A DNA stretch of 64,000 nucleotides from Desulfobacterales bacterium (lineage in GTDB: Bacteria; Desulfobacterota; Desulfobacteria; Desulfobacterales; UBA2174): contig CAXXWC010000019.1 in assembly GCA_963668645.2 (NCBI GenBank), positions 608,001-672,000 of the forward strand, read 5' to 3'. The notes below the pieces were generated by a model. The model did no database searches, was not told the origin of the DNA, and saw only the letters and a program-made list of their open reading frames with translations. This document shows, in pieces, positions 28,774-38,305 of this stretch (its first letter is position 1; every line of letters begins with the position of its first letter). The translations under genes were made by a program, and so were the position numbers.

Positions 28774-28905
28774 ATTTTACTCATGGAACCGCTTGCCCGC
28801 TAAATAACGGCCTCTGTCACAGCCACCCTCGATGATCTAATGGTGGTTGACGGCGGCCACCGGACAGGGGGGCGGCAAAACGACCTTCGCCCTGGCGTGT
28901 ATCGA
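28774..28905 (+). pseudogene. Degenerate copy of the 5' end of the COG1373 ATPase gene
   Basis: TTTACTCATGGAACCG.TTGCCCGCTA.ATAACGGCC...GGCAA.ACGACCTTCGCC matches 24121-24248; TAC>TAA stop. Confidence 0.85.
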
Positions 28906-29087
28906 AAACGGGCCGGTAGGCGCCAACGTTCCCATCCGGATCGCGACACCTGGGGTGTTTTGCTTCTGTTTTCTTGTGTTGTTCCTGCCGGGATATCTGT
29001 GTTAAAACAGCCTGAAAAATGTTTTAGTATGTGCTTGGATTATTCTTCGGATTTCCTTATCTCACACCCTGTGGAGGGATCTGATCG

Positions 29088-29669
29088 ATGAATGGAAAAA
29101 CAATTCTTACTGCGTTGGCCATGCTAACAGTAATTTTATTTTGTTCATCCTGTTCCACCCGCGGGGTTCATGATCAATACTTTGGAGCAACCGAGCAGCG
29201 ACTTGTCACTCACAGCCTGGATCAACTGATTTCCATGCTTCCGGAAAAGGATTTCATGCCGTTCAAAGATCGAAAGATATATGTGGAATGCCATTTTCTT
29301 GAAGACAATATACCACTGAAGTACGCTTTAAAACGCATTGAAATGGAATTTGTTCAAAAGTACGCTTGCACAGTGGCCGACTCGCCGGAATCGGCGGATG
29401 TTGTCTATGATTTCTTTTTTAGGGCTCTGGGTACGGATCAGGACAGCGTGGGATTCAGTACACCCGAGTTCATGATCCCTGGGACTGTGGGAACCGTCAG
29501 CATAGACCTGATTGCCCTGGATATGTACCACGGCGTATCGGAACTGTACTATTACATCACGGAGACGGATGCTGGAGAAGTATCCAGGGGTGAGCGAATT
29601 CGCTCCATCATACGAACGGACAAGTTGGCACTGCCCATCATATCCATTCCCATATCCACACTGAACTAG
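29088..29669 (+). CDS. Hypothetical lipoprotein
   Basis: Hydrophobic signal ending in LFCSSC; ATEQRLVTHSLD motif. Confidence 0.7.
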   Translation: MNGKTILTALAMLTVILFCSSCSTRGVHDQYFGATEQRLVTHSLDQLISMLPEKDFMPFKDRKIYVECHFLEDNIPLKYALKRIEMEFVQKYACTVADSPESADVVYDFFFRALGTDQDSVGFSTPEFMIPGTVGTVSIDLIALDMYHGVSELYYYITETDAGEVSRGERIRSIIRTDKLALPIISIPISTLN

Positions 29670-29789
29670 CCTGGTCTATCCTGGAACAAGGGCATCGTTC
29701 ACGAGTATCTTTTCGTGCGCGTGGATTACACAGGGATCTGATCGAGGCGGTGTCTCAGTGTATGACGCCGTTACCGATCAACCTCGCTG

Positions 29790-30989
29790 TCACAGGGTCC
29801 AGCGGACGATACCGAAATCGGCCAGCGCGGCATCCTGAATCCCCAGGAATATGGGCTGACCGCTGATCCGGTGAATGTTGACCTTGGCATTGAAAACATT
29901 TCTGGCATACCCGTGCTTATCTTTGATCCGGTATTTGTGAATCCCGAAATCGCCGTCCTTTTGACCCGACCCGGTGAGGTAGCATTTGATCGAAGCCACC
30001 GGATCGCCCCCCAGAATGATCCCTTTCAGGTCTGACAGCCGTTCCTGGGCCAAGTCGATGAAATCAACCGCGCTCAGGGGGCCGGTTGCGGCTGCGGACT
30101 CGTCGACAGGAATCTCGAAGTCGCCCACCAGGATTTGACCGGCCCTGGCCTGCTCGATCATCCGGGCAAGTTCGATGGTGACATCGCCCACAATGTAGCT
30201 GAAGGTTGTCGGGTTCAGCCCCTCGGATTGATAGAACTCATAATGGCCGCCGGCATGGAAGCAGGCCCGCAACTGCGGCGTGGTATTGCCGCGCGCCTTG
30301 CTGCGGGCTATGGCGTTGTCGGCCAGCACGAGATGCATGAAGTGGTAAAGATCGATATTGGCGTCCAGGTTTCGATCGCGGTTCCACAGATAGAAGCCGT
30401 CTCCGGTGGTGGTGCGGGCAAAGCGGATCTTGATTTTCCGGTCCCGCAGTTTGCTGTAGGCCGTGTTGACCGAATAGGCCAGGCTGTTGAGCTGAACGGC
30501 CTGCTCGAGCGGGGAGTATCTGGAAAATCCCACCACGTCAAAGAGCGCCACGGCCCTGTCCCGGACAAAGGTGATGCTGTAACGCTTGACGAGGGAACTG
30601 ACTACGCGGGGCGGCAAATCGCTGATTTGGGAAGAAGGCAGGGCCAAGTGCAACGGTTCGCGTTGCAGCAAGCGGCCGAGCAGATGCAGGGTTTCCACCG
30701 CCAGCATCTTGGGCCCGGCCACGATTTCCTGTATCATTTCACCGATACGCGCCGATGTATACGCGGTTCCGTTCGCCGCTGCGCCAGGCGCGATGGCTTC
30801 ACCGATGACATAGTGCGGCACGACCAGCAGATCGATCCCATCGGGGCAGGGGGCCCACCCGAGAATGACATTTTTGCCCAGTGCCCAGCATTCGTAAAGA
30901 AGGTCGTCCAGCCGAAAAAGGGCTTCACTTTTAACAGGCCCATGCTGCTCTTCATCCAGGAACAATTCCGTCCATGAAAACCGTTTCAT
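29790..30989 (-). CDS. Hypothetical protein with a divergent class III nucleotidyl cyclase-like domain
   Basis: AVALFDVVGFS and TTGDGFYL metal-binding motifs, LRACFHAG, IVGDVTIELARM, GQILV. Confidence 0.65.
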   Translation of the reverse strand: MKRFSWTELFLDEEQHGPVKSEALFRLDDLLYECWALGKNVILGWAPCPDGIDLLVVPHYVIGEAIAPGAAANGTAYTSARIGEMIQEIVAGPKMLAVETLHLLGRLLQREPLHLALPSSQISDLPPRVVSSLVKRYSITFVRDRAVALFDVVGFSRYSPLEQAVQLNSLAYSVNTAYSKLRDRKIKIRFARTTTGDGFYLWNRDRNLDANIDLYHFMHLVLADNAIARSKARGNTTPQLRACFHAGGHYEFYQSEGLNPTTFSYIVGDVTIELARMIEQARAGQILVGDFEIPVDESAAATGPLSAVDFIDLAQERLSDLKGIILGGDPVASIKCYLTGSGQKDGDFGIHKYRIKDKHGYARNVFNAKVNIHRISGQPIFLGIQDAALADFGIVRWTL

Positions 30990-31513
30990 CTATCCCGCCT
31001 TATCCTGTTTTATCTTTCCAATCGCAGCCAAAAGTGTACCAGGTTGCACGACGGCTGGTAAGGAAATTCTAGGCATCCCCGCTTGCGGCGCCAAAGCTTA
31101 ATTCAGACTTTTTCGGAACGCAATCTTCCCCGTCTGGCCGGTTATGCCGCGCAGCCGCGATTTTGGACCGTGGCGGCCCATCGCCGCAAAAGAGCATAGA
31201 TACAATCGATAGCAAAGAGCCCCCGGCTGGCCCGCTCCATGTTCGTAAGCGAATGATATTGGGCCACCCTTCAGCCGGATCGCAGGACATCGTTGATCAT
31301 CCGCATCCGATAGGGTATCATCGCGTAACACAGTGGCAAGTATCCGATACCGTTGCGGCAAAAGAGGGTTTCGACCTGGACCATGATCCGTCCGTATTGC
31401 ATCGGGTTGAAACCTTTCGAAACAGACGCCCTGGAATGACAAACCGCTGAATTCATTATTTCGAACCTGTCACCTGTGGAAACCGATTCCCCTTTTCCCC
31501 AATGGAGGTTGCA

Positions 31514-32236
31514 ATGCAAAAATACGGCCGGTTTTGGATGATTTGTCTGACGTGCCTGCTGGGATTCGCAGCTCCACTCATGGCCGGAACAATTCAAAAA
31601 TTCCGCGCAGAGCAAGTCATAGTAAGTCCCGACGGCCAGATTCGAGCAAAGAGCAAGATCTACTCCATGCCGGAGAAGCTGCGGCTCGAAATGAATCATC
31701 CATCCGGACAGGGGACGATGATCATGATCTTGCGCAGGGACAAGCAGGTGCACTGGATTTTATCTCCGGAAAATAAGCGCTACACCGAACACCCCTTGAA
31801 TGAAGCCGAGTGGGAAAAGGCCAAGGGTGATTTCCTGAAGGCTCAGGACATAAAAGAACTTGGCACGGAGACCGTACAGGGGTTTCGATGCCAAAAGAGA
31901 CGGGTGACCACCACGGTCGAGGTCATGGGCGTCGCCCGGACGAGCACGAGCACGATCTGGAGTTCATCGAAAATCGACTTTCCCCTTCGTACTAAAAGCC
32001 AAAGTGGACAGATCACCGAGCTTCGAAATATCAAAAAAGGCGACCAGCCGGATGCGCTGTTCGAGCCCCCCACGGGTTTTACCCGGGTATCGAGTATGAT
32101 GGAACTCGGCAGGCCCCGGATGGCTCCGAAAACAGCTTCGACGGAGACCGAACAGGCCGAAACGTCCCTGAAGCTGCCATCCAGCGCCAAGATGCCCGCC
32201 TGGCTCAAAAAGAAGATTAAAGCGATGCAGCAATGA
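31514..32236 (+). CDS. Exported DUF4412-like protein
   Basis: Signal peptide; KLRLEM, LGTETVQGFRCQK, ELRNIKKGDQPDALFEPPTGF. Confidence 0.75.
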   Translation: MQKYGRFWMICLTCLLGFAAPLMAGTIQKFRAEQVIVSPDGQIRAKSKIYSMPEKLRLEMNHPSGQGTMIMILRRDKQVHWILSPENKRYTEHPLNEAEWEKAKGDFLKAQDIKELGTETVQGFRCQKRRVTTTVEVMGVARTSTSTIWSSSKIDFPLRTKSQSGQITELRNIKKGDQPDALFEPPTGFTRVSSMMELGRPRMAPKTASTETEQAETSLKLPSSAKMPAWLKKKIKAMQQ

Positions 32237-32293
32237 CGTCTCCAAAGACCCCGGGAGGTTGGTCGCGCTCAATCCAGAAAAGGGGAGAAAACG

Positions 32294-33712
32294 ATGAGAA
32301 AGGATGGACTCAAGGGGCAGGGCCGGCCCAATCAGGCACCGGCCGTGATGGCGATCATTTTCCTGGCGCTTATACCGCTTCTTCTGATCGTCCCGATGCC
32401 GGCCGGTGCCGGGCAGCATTGCGGGGCCGAAGGCGACTGGCGCAACGCGTTCATCCCCGATACCTGGCCGCCCCCGGAAACAAAGCGGCAGTTTCAGTCC
32501 TTGTACGGGGGGATCAAGCCGGTTCCGGTCTCCAGGGCCTGCAAGCGCCACGACGACTGTTACGGAAAGCGCAATGCCGCCCGGGATGACTGCGATCAGC
32601 GGTTTCTGGCCGATATGCAGGCCGAATGCGATCGCATCTATGCGGGCATCATGGAAATCCCGCTGCGCGAAGCCTGCCATCTGGCGGCAAAGGGCTATTA
32701 CCAGGCCGTCCGGCGGCACGGCGCCGCCGCATTTAAAAGGGCTCAGGCGCCAATGGCCGCTTCCACCGGGCACCGGTCTTCCCACCAGGCCGTTCGCAAA
32801 CCGCAGCCCCCCCAGCCAGGCGTCCGGTCCGCTTCCCCCGACTGGGTCTATCATTTCAAACCGGTCCTGGTCTCTGACCGCATTTTCAACCGTGATCAAG
32901 ACGCCTTCGAGGTCTTTCGCGCCTTTTATGAAGGCCATCCAGCCTACCTGGTAAAAATCGCCCAGGTGGGAACGGGCCTGATTATGCCCCGGAAAAATGG
33001 ATTCTATCATGCCGGTGCGGCCAGGCCGGCAAAGGACGGCCGCGGCCTGCGCCTGGATCTGCGGAAGATCACAACCATTCCCGATTCCGGGGTCGAGGTC
33101 CTTTGCGGGCCGGACCGGCAACGGATCGAAGCCTGGTGGGGAAAAAACCGCCTGGCGTTCACCGTTCCGGCCGGCGGCATTCCGAAGGTGCAGGCGGGCA
33201 ACGTGCAAAAGCCGGCTACAGGCCTGCTGTTCATCAACAGCGATTTCGAGGCCGGTGATCTGAGCAACTGGACGGCCACCGGCCAAGCCTTCGCCTGCCA
33301 GCCGACCAAGGGCGACAACCCCTCGGTCAGAAATCGCCGCCAACCATCGAAGCATCAAGGCGATTTTTGGATCGGCACATTCGAAAAGTATTCAGGCCGG
33401 GCCGGTGAGCGGCGGGGAGGCCGGCAGGGAGACCGGCCCAAAGGCACGTTGCGTTCCATTGCCTTCGAAATCCAGGGCCCCAAAATCGGATTCTTGATCG
33501 GCGGCGGCAAAAAGGCCGGTGCCCTGTATGTGGCCCTGGAGGTGGACGGGCGCACGGTACGCCGGCAGACCGGTGCCAATTCAGAGACCATGAAGCGGGT
33601 GATCTGGGATGTCCGGGAATTTATGGGGCAATCGGCCCGGCTCGTCATCCAGGATGGATCGGAAGGGGGCTGGGGGCATATCAATGCCGACAACTTCCGC
33701 TATTTCCAATAG
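32294..33712 (+). CDS. Secreted multidomain protein: phospholipase A2-like domain plus C-terminal carbohydrate-binding-like beta-sandwich
   Basis: Signal/TM segment; HCG...ACKRHDDCY...CDQRFLADM..C; C-terminal DFEAGDLSNWTATGQAF...FLIGGG...GGWGHINADNF as seen in GH32 accessory modules. Confidence 0.65.
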   Translation: MRKDGLKGQGRPNQAPAVMAIIFLALIPLLLIVPMPAGAGQHCGAEGDWRNAFIPDTWPPPETKRQFQSLYGGIKPVPVSRACKRHDDCYGKRNAARDDCDQRFLADMQAECDRIYAGIMEIPLREACHLAAKGYYQAVRRHGAAAFKRAQAPMAASTGHRSSHQAVRKPQPPQPGVRSASPDWVYHFKPVLVSDRIFNRDQDAFEVFRAFYEGHPAYLVKIAQVGTGLIMPRKNGFYHAGAARPAKDGRGLRLDLRKITTIPDSGVEVLCGPDRQRIEAWWGKNRLAFTVPAGGIPKVQAGNVQKPATGLLFINSDFEAGDLSNWTATGQAFACQPTKGDNPSVRNRRQPSKHQGDFWIGTFEKYSGRAGERRGGRQGDRPKGTLRSIAFEIQGPKIGFLIGGGKKAGALYVALEVDGRTVRRQTGANSETMKRVIWDVREFMGQSARLVIQDGSEGGWGHINADNFRYFQ

Positions 33713-33960
33713 CGCATGCCGTTTTGGCCGGCCGGGTCATCTGCCATCAAATCGGTTTTGCTTCTGCTCGCGGCTGCAAAAAGGGGTGCCGGTCACGTAT
33801 CCGGATTTAAAATGACAAGCAGGCCGGAGGATGCATTCGCGCGGGCTGTACGAGTCATATTTATTGTTATTATAGCATCTTGCGTTGGAGGATCACTGCA
33901 TCGTCGATACCGCGAAACGATATTTCAGCGATCCCGGTTTTGTGATGCAGCCGGCTCGGA

Positions 33961-34098
33961 AGGGTCGCCGAGCGCATCGCCTCTGAACTCGAGGAACTGC
34001 TCATGCCCTACCGCTTCGATGTCAAAGCCCTGTCTGCCTTCCGATCCCGGCAGCTGCTGGATCACATCCGCCGGGTCGGCATCCGTGTTTACGGCTGA
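33961..34098 (+). pseudogene. C-terminal remnant of a minimal nucleotidyltransferase (MNT) antitoxin
   Basis: Frame not in the ORF list: RIASELEELLMPYRFDVKALSAFRSRQLLDHIRRVGIRVYG*. Confidence 0.65.
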
Positions 34099-34289
34099 AG
34101 CCGCCAGGGTCGGCACGCGCAGGTAAAAATCATCAATGTGTGCCGGCAAGCCATTGATCGTTGCGGCCTCAATCCAGACCCGTTGCGCCAGGCCCCATGC
34201 GCTGGGCGCAAGTGGCCCGGAGCAAACGGGGCCGGCGGCTGGTGCGGCCGCAACGGCCATAGGTTGATGTTATTTCAGGGAGATTCGGT

Positions 34290-35432
34290 TCAGCCGCTGC
34301 CTTCGGCCCCCACCGGGATATCGGAAAACACCGCAGCCTTGAGGCCTGCCGAGGACCGGCCCGCCGGAGCCTTGGCCGACCGTATGGCGTTGACCAGTTC
34401 CAGGCCCGTAAAGGGACATGGGGGAAGATCCACATCGGTGGCCTGCAAAGGCGTAACGCGCGGTCCCCAGCGCAGCAGGTGGGAGCTGAGGCTCAGCCCG
34501 CCGCCGAAGGCCGGCATGAGGATCAAATCCCCGGGCTTGACCCGGCCCCCTTCCAGGGCCTCGACCAGGGCCACCGGCACGGTGGCGGCCGACATGTTGC
34601 CGTAGCGCTGGACGGTGAGCATCAACTTTTCCTCCGGCACCCCGATGCGCTGGGCCAGGGCCATGATGATCCTCAGGTTGGCCTGGTGGGGCACGACTAG
34701 GTCGATATCATCTGCGCTGACCCCGCATTTGGCCATCACCGCTTCCGCCGCCGAAACCATACCCTTGACGGCGCGCTTGAAAATCTCCTGGCCGTTGAAA
34801 TCCCAGATCGTGTCCCCCAGCATCACGCCGGTATTGACGTAGGCCCCGCCGATGCCGCGAACCCGCAATGTATGGCGGGCATCGGCAATGCACCCCAAAG
34901 TCTCGCCGAGCAGGCCTTCCGGAGCCTGGGTCTTTTCCAGGACCACCGCCGCGGCCCCATCACCGAACAAAACGGCGACGCTCCGGTTTTCCCAGTCCAT
35001 ATATGGGGAAATGGCCTCTACGCCGATCACCAGGGCGTTGTCCACGACACCGGTGCGGATCATGGCCGTGGCGGTGGTCAATGCATAAGAGAAACTCGTG
35101 CAGGCCGTGTTCAGATCGATGGCGGCGGCGTTTTCCGCCCCCAGCCTGAACTGGACTCCGGAAGCTGAGTTGGGCACCTGCTCTTCATAGGTGCAGCTGC
35201 CGTAAATGATCAATTCGAGCCTGCCGGCGGGCAAGCCGGCGCAGGCCAAGGCGCGGGCTCCTGCCACATAGGCCATTTCGGTGGGCTGGACATGGGCGAC
35301 CCGCCGCTGGGAGATGCCCGTGAGAGTGGTGATCCATTCTTCGCTGGTGTCCAGAAACGAAGCCAGATCCTGGTTTGTTAAAACAGCCGGGGGCATACAT
35401 TTACCCCACCCGGTGATAGCGGCATTCATCAT
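34290..35432 (-). CDS. fabH: 3-oxoacyl-ACP synthase III family protein
   Basis: Catalytic triad in TACTSF, PHQAN and YGNMSAA; LFGDGAAA, AFGGGL. Confidence 0.9.
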   Translation of the reverse strand: MMNAAITGWGKCMPPAVLTNQDLASFLDTSEEWITTLTGISQRRVAHVQPTEMAYVAGARALACAGLPAGRLELIIYGSCTYEEQVPNSASGVQFRLGAENAAAIDLNTACTSFSYALTTATAMIRTGVVDNALVIGVEAISPYMDWENRSVAVLFGDGAAAVVLEKTQAPEGLLGETLGCIADARHTLRVRGIGGAYVNTGVMLGDTIWDFNGQEIFKRAVKGMVSAAEAVMAKCGVSADDIDLVVPHQANLRIIMALAQRIGVPEEKLMLTVQRYGNMSAATVPVALVEALEGGRVKPGDLILMPAFGGGLSLSSHLLRWGPRVTPLQATDVDLPPCPFTGLELVNAIRSAKAPAGRSSAGLKAAVFSDIPVGAEGSG

Positions 35433-35511
35433 CAATCGAGACTCCTGTTAAAGTTGCAGCCGCCGGCTAAAAGCCGCAGCGGCACGAAGAGTAAATCCAG
35501 CAAGGAGGCGG

Positions 35512-36324
35512 CTAGGCCAATCCCAAGATCCGGCGGGCATCATCCACCGTCGCCACCTCGTGGCCAAGGGCACGGATGATGCGAGCCGCTCGCTCGACCA
35601 GCATGAGATTCGACGCAAGCCGGCCCGTTTGGCTGGAATAAAACAAGACATCCTCCAGGCCGACCCGCACGTGTCCGCCCAATACGACGCCCATGGTGAT
35701 CATGTCCAGGTGTGATTTTCCCACGCCCGTGACGGTAAAGGTCGCCCCCGCAGGCAGTTGTTCCACCATGTGCAGAAGGTTCTTGGGCGTGCCGCTGATA
35801 GAGCCGGGAACATTCATCACGAGGTTGAAGTGCAGCGGCGGCTGGACCGCCTTCCTTTTCAAATAGAAGCCGATGTTGGTGATCATGGCCACGTCGAAGG
35901 CCTCGATCTCCGGTTTGACGCCCGCGGCGATCATCTTTTTGCCTAGATTTTCGATGAAATCGGGGGAATTGCTATTTACCGAGGCGGGAAAATTGGATGA
36001 CCCGGTCGCCAGACTGGCCATTTCCGGTTTCAAGTCGATGCAACCGGCCCGATCCATGCCCGACCCGGCGCGCGCCCCCGTGGAAAGCTGGATGATCACG
36101 TCGCACCTGCTCCTGACGCGGTCGATGATCTCCCGGGTGATGGCAGGATCCGTCGTGGGCCTTCCCTCCGCATCCCGGGTATGAATATGGGCGATGGTCG
36201 CTCCGGCCTGGTAACAGGCAAAAATGTCCGCGGCGATTTCCGGCGGTGACAGCGGCACATGGGGATTGAGTTCTTTGGTCGGGACGTTTCCCGTTGGCGC
36301 AACCGTGATGATCACTTTTCTCAT
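35512..36324 (-). CDS. Beta-keto acid cleavage enzyme (BKACE/Kce, DUF849)
   Basis: IITVAPTG, AHIHTRD, STG, KPEIEAFD, GGHVRVGLED. Confidence 0.93.
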   Translation of the reverse strand: MRKVIITVAPTGNVPTKELNPHVPLSPPEIAADIFACYQAGATIAHIHTRDAEGRPTTDPAITREIIDRVRSRCDVIIQLSTGARAGSGMDRAGCIDLKPEMASLATGSSNFPASVNSNSPDFIENLGKKMIAAGVKPEIEAFDVAMITNIGFYLKRKAVQPPLHFNLVMNVPGSISGTPKNLLHMVEQLPAGATFTVTGVGKSHLDMITMGVVLGGHVRVGLEDVLFYSSQTGRLASNLMLVERAARIIRALGHEVATVDDARRILGLA

Positions 36325-36439
36325 CCAAAACGCCTTTCTTGCGTATCATGCCGTGAATCGGCATGATACGCTGGAGACGCTTGAACAGTCAACGGATGGA
36401 GATTTTCAACCCGCGCCGCTGCCGAATATCGGCTTATCG

Positions 36440-37076
36440 CCTACAGATTATATTTCTGTTATTTATCTTCGCAGCCCTGAAAGTTGGCAGCGTCGATTAG
36501 CATTTTTTCCAGCGTCTACACTCGTTTCAGGAACCGTCACCGACGGGGTATTCCGCGACCGAATCGAATTTTCACAGTTCAGTATGTCGGGAACATGGAA
36601 AATCTATCAAGTAAAGTTGTATGACGGCATGTGTGGCAACAACATATCCGTAGGTGAGTCGTATCTGACGGACCATGGCTTTCCGACCGAACTGATCGTA
36701 GAAGAAATGAGCAACGCCTCCAGTGGTGGCGACCGGTCCGGATCAGGCAGTGTATGATGCCGTACAACTGGACGGTTCCACATCCTACGACAGCGACGGT
36801 TCTATCGTGGCATGAAACTGATCCGTGAATCATTTGCAAGACCAAGCCATGAGCCGCACGGGTTACGGGCAGATCGTATTTTTAAGCGGTCTGGCCCCGG
36901 GCTTTTACGAAGTGATTCTCACCGTCACAAACGATGCCGACACGACGTTTCAGGATTCGGCACGCCTAGCGGCCGTCGGTCCGGCATCCTGTCTTGCCGG
37001 CAACGCAAACGGCGACAACCACATCGATCTTTCGGATATTGTCCGCAGTCTTCAGGTGCTCGGCGGCCAGCGGTGA
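36440..37076 (+). pseudogene. Fragmented remnant of a surface protein ending in a dockerin-like motif
   Basis: Broken frames LVSGTVTDGVFR..SGTWKIYQVKLYD and PGFYEVILTVTN...GNANGDNHIDLSDIVRSLQVL. Confidence 0.5.
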
Positions 37077-38305
37077 CGCACCTGCCTTTTTTTGTTGCAA
37101 CAACTGTGTCTCTGGAGGGTTGACCTACTTACCGCCAACCCGTGCCAACCGTTTGGCCAGCTTCATTTTCTGATCGAGGCGGCCTTCGCGAAAAATCATG
37201 ATCCGTTGCGCCTGTGGCGACCCGGCGCCGTGCATTGATTCAACCATGGCGGTACCGCCGGTCATGGCCTCGATCAAACGGCCGATCTTGATCCGGTTGA
37301 GTGCCGGGATGTTCTTCACGCCGGAAAAATATTTGCTGACGAGGTGCCCGACGTCCTTGCTATCCAGATCGATCTCGCTGGGCAGCGTGGCGATGAAACC
37401 ACCGGCCAGATCCACCGCCAGCCGCGCGATTTCAAAGTGAAAACGCGTCACGTTGTGTTTGCATACATTGGCGAGCATCGTGTCCACCAGGTAGGCGCCC
37501 GAGGCGGTGGGCCGGCCTTCGGCCGAACAGGCGACCGATGAGCTGTACAGCGTCTCCGACAGATGAATCATCTCCGTAATCTTGTCCCGGACATGCGATC
37601 CTTTGGCCGTGCCTTGAACATTGGCCAGGTAGGCCGCCGCCCCGGTCAAAACGTCCATCAGCCCGGTCTTGCAGGCGCCGTAGTTGGCCCGGTGGTGGGC
37701 GGCAAAGCGATAGACCAGGTCGCCGGCGAACTCGGTCTCGCCGTCCATGAATACCCGCTCCCAGGGAACGAAAACATCGTCGAAGACGATCAATGCCTCT
37801 CCGCCCACCACACCGAAAGCCGGATTGCCGCAGTCCACGGTTTCCCGGTTGTCCCGGCGCGAGTCGTTGGCCTGGCGGCCGAAAACCATGGTGATCCCCG
37901 GTGCGTCCACCGGCACGGCACAGGCCACGGCGTAGTCCCGGCTGTCTTCTTCCATGGCCATAGTCGGCATGACCAGGGTCTCGTGCGAATTGACACCGCC
38001 GGTCATGTGAACTTTGGCCCCCCTGATAACAATGCCATCCGTGCCACGCTCGACCACATGCACGAACTGGTCCGGATCATGCTGAAGCGCCGGACTTTTC
38101 GACCGATCGCCCTTGGGGTCGGTCATCGCCCCGACCACCATCAGGTTTTCGTCCTGAATGCGCACCAGCCACCTGGTAAAACGGTCAAAATAGCCCCGGT
38201 CGTATTTCCTGTCGATTTCCCAGGCAACCGAATAAACGGCATTGATCCCGTCCAGCCCGACGCAACGCTGAAAACAGGTCCCGGTTTTTTGCCCCAAAAC
38301 CCTGA

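Noticed and set aside
31964..33358. 464-aa minus-strand ORF
   Set aside because: Shadow of the plus-strand exported proteins, which have signal peptides and motifs.
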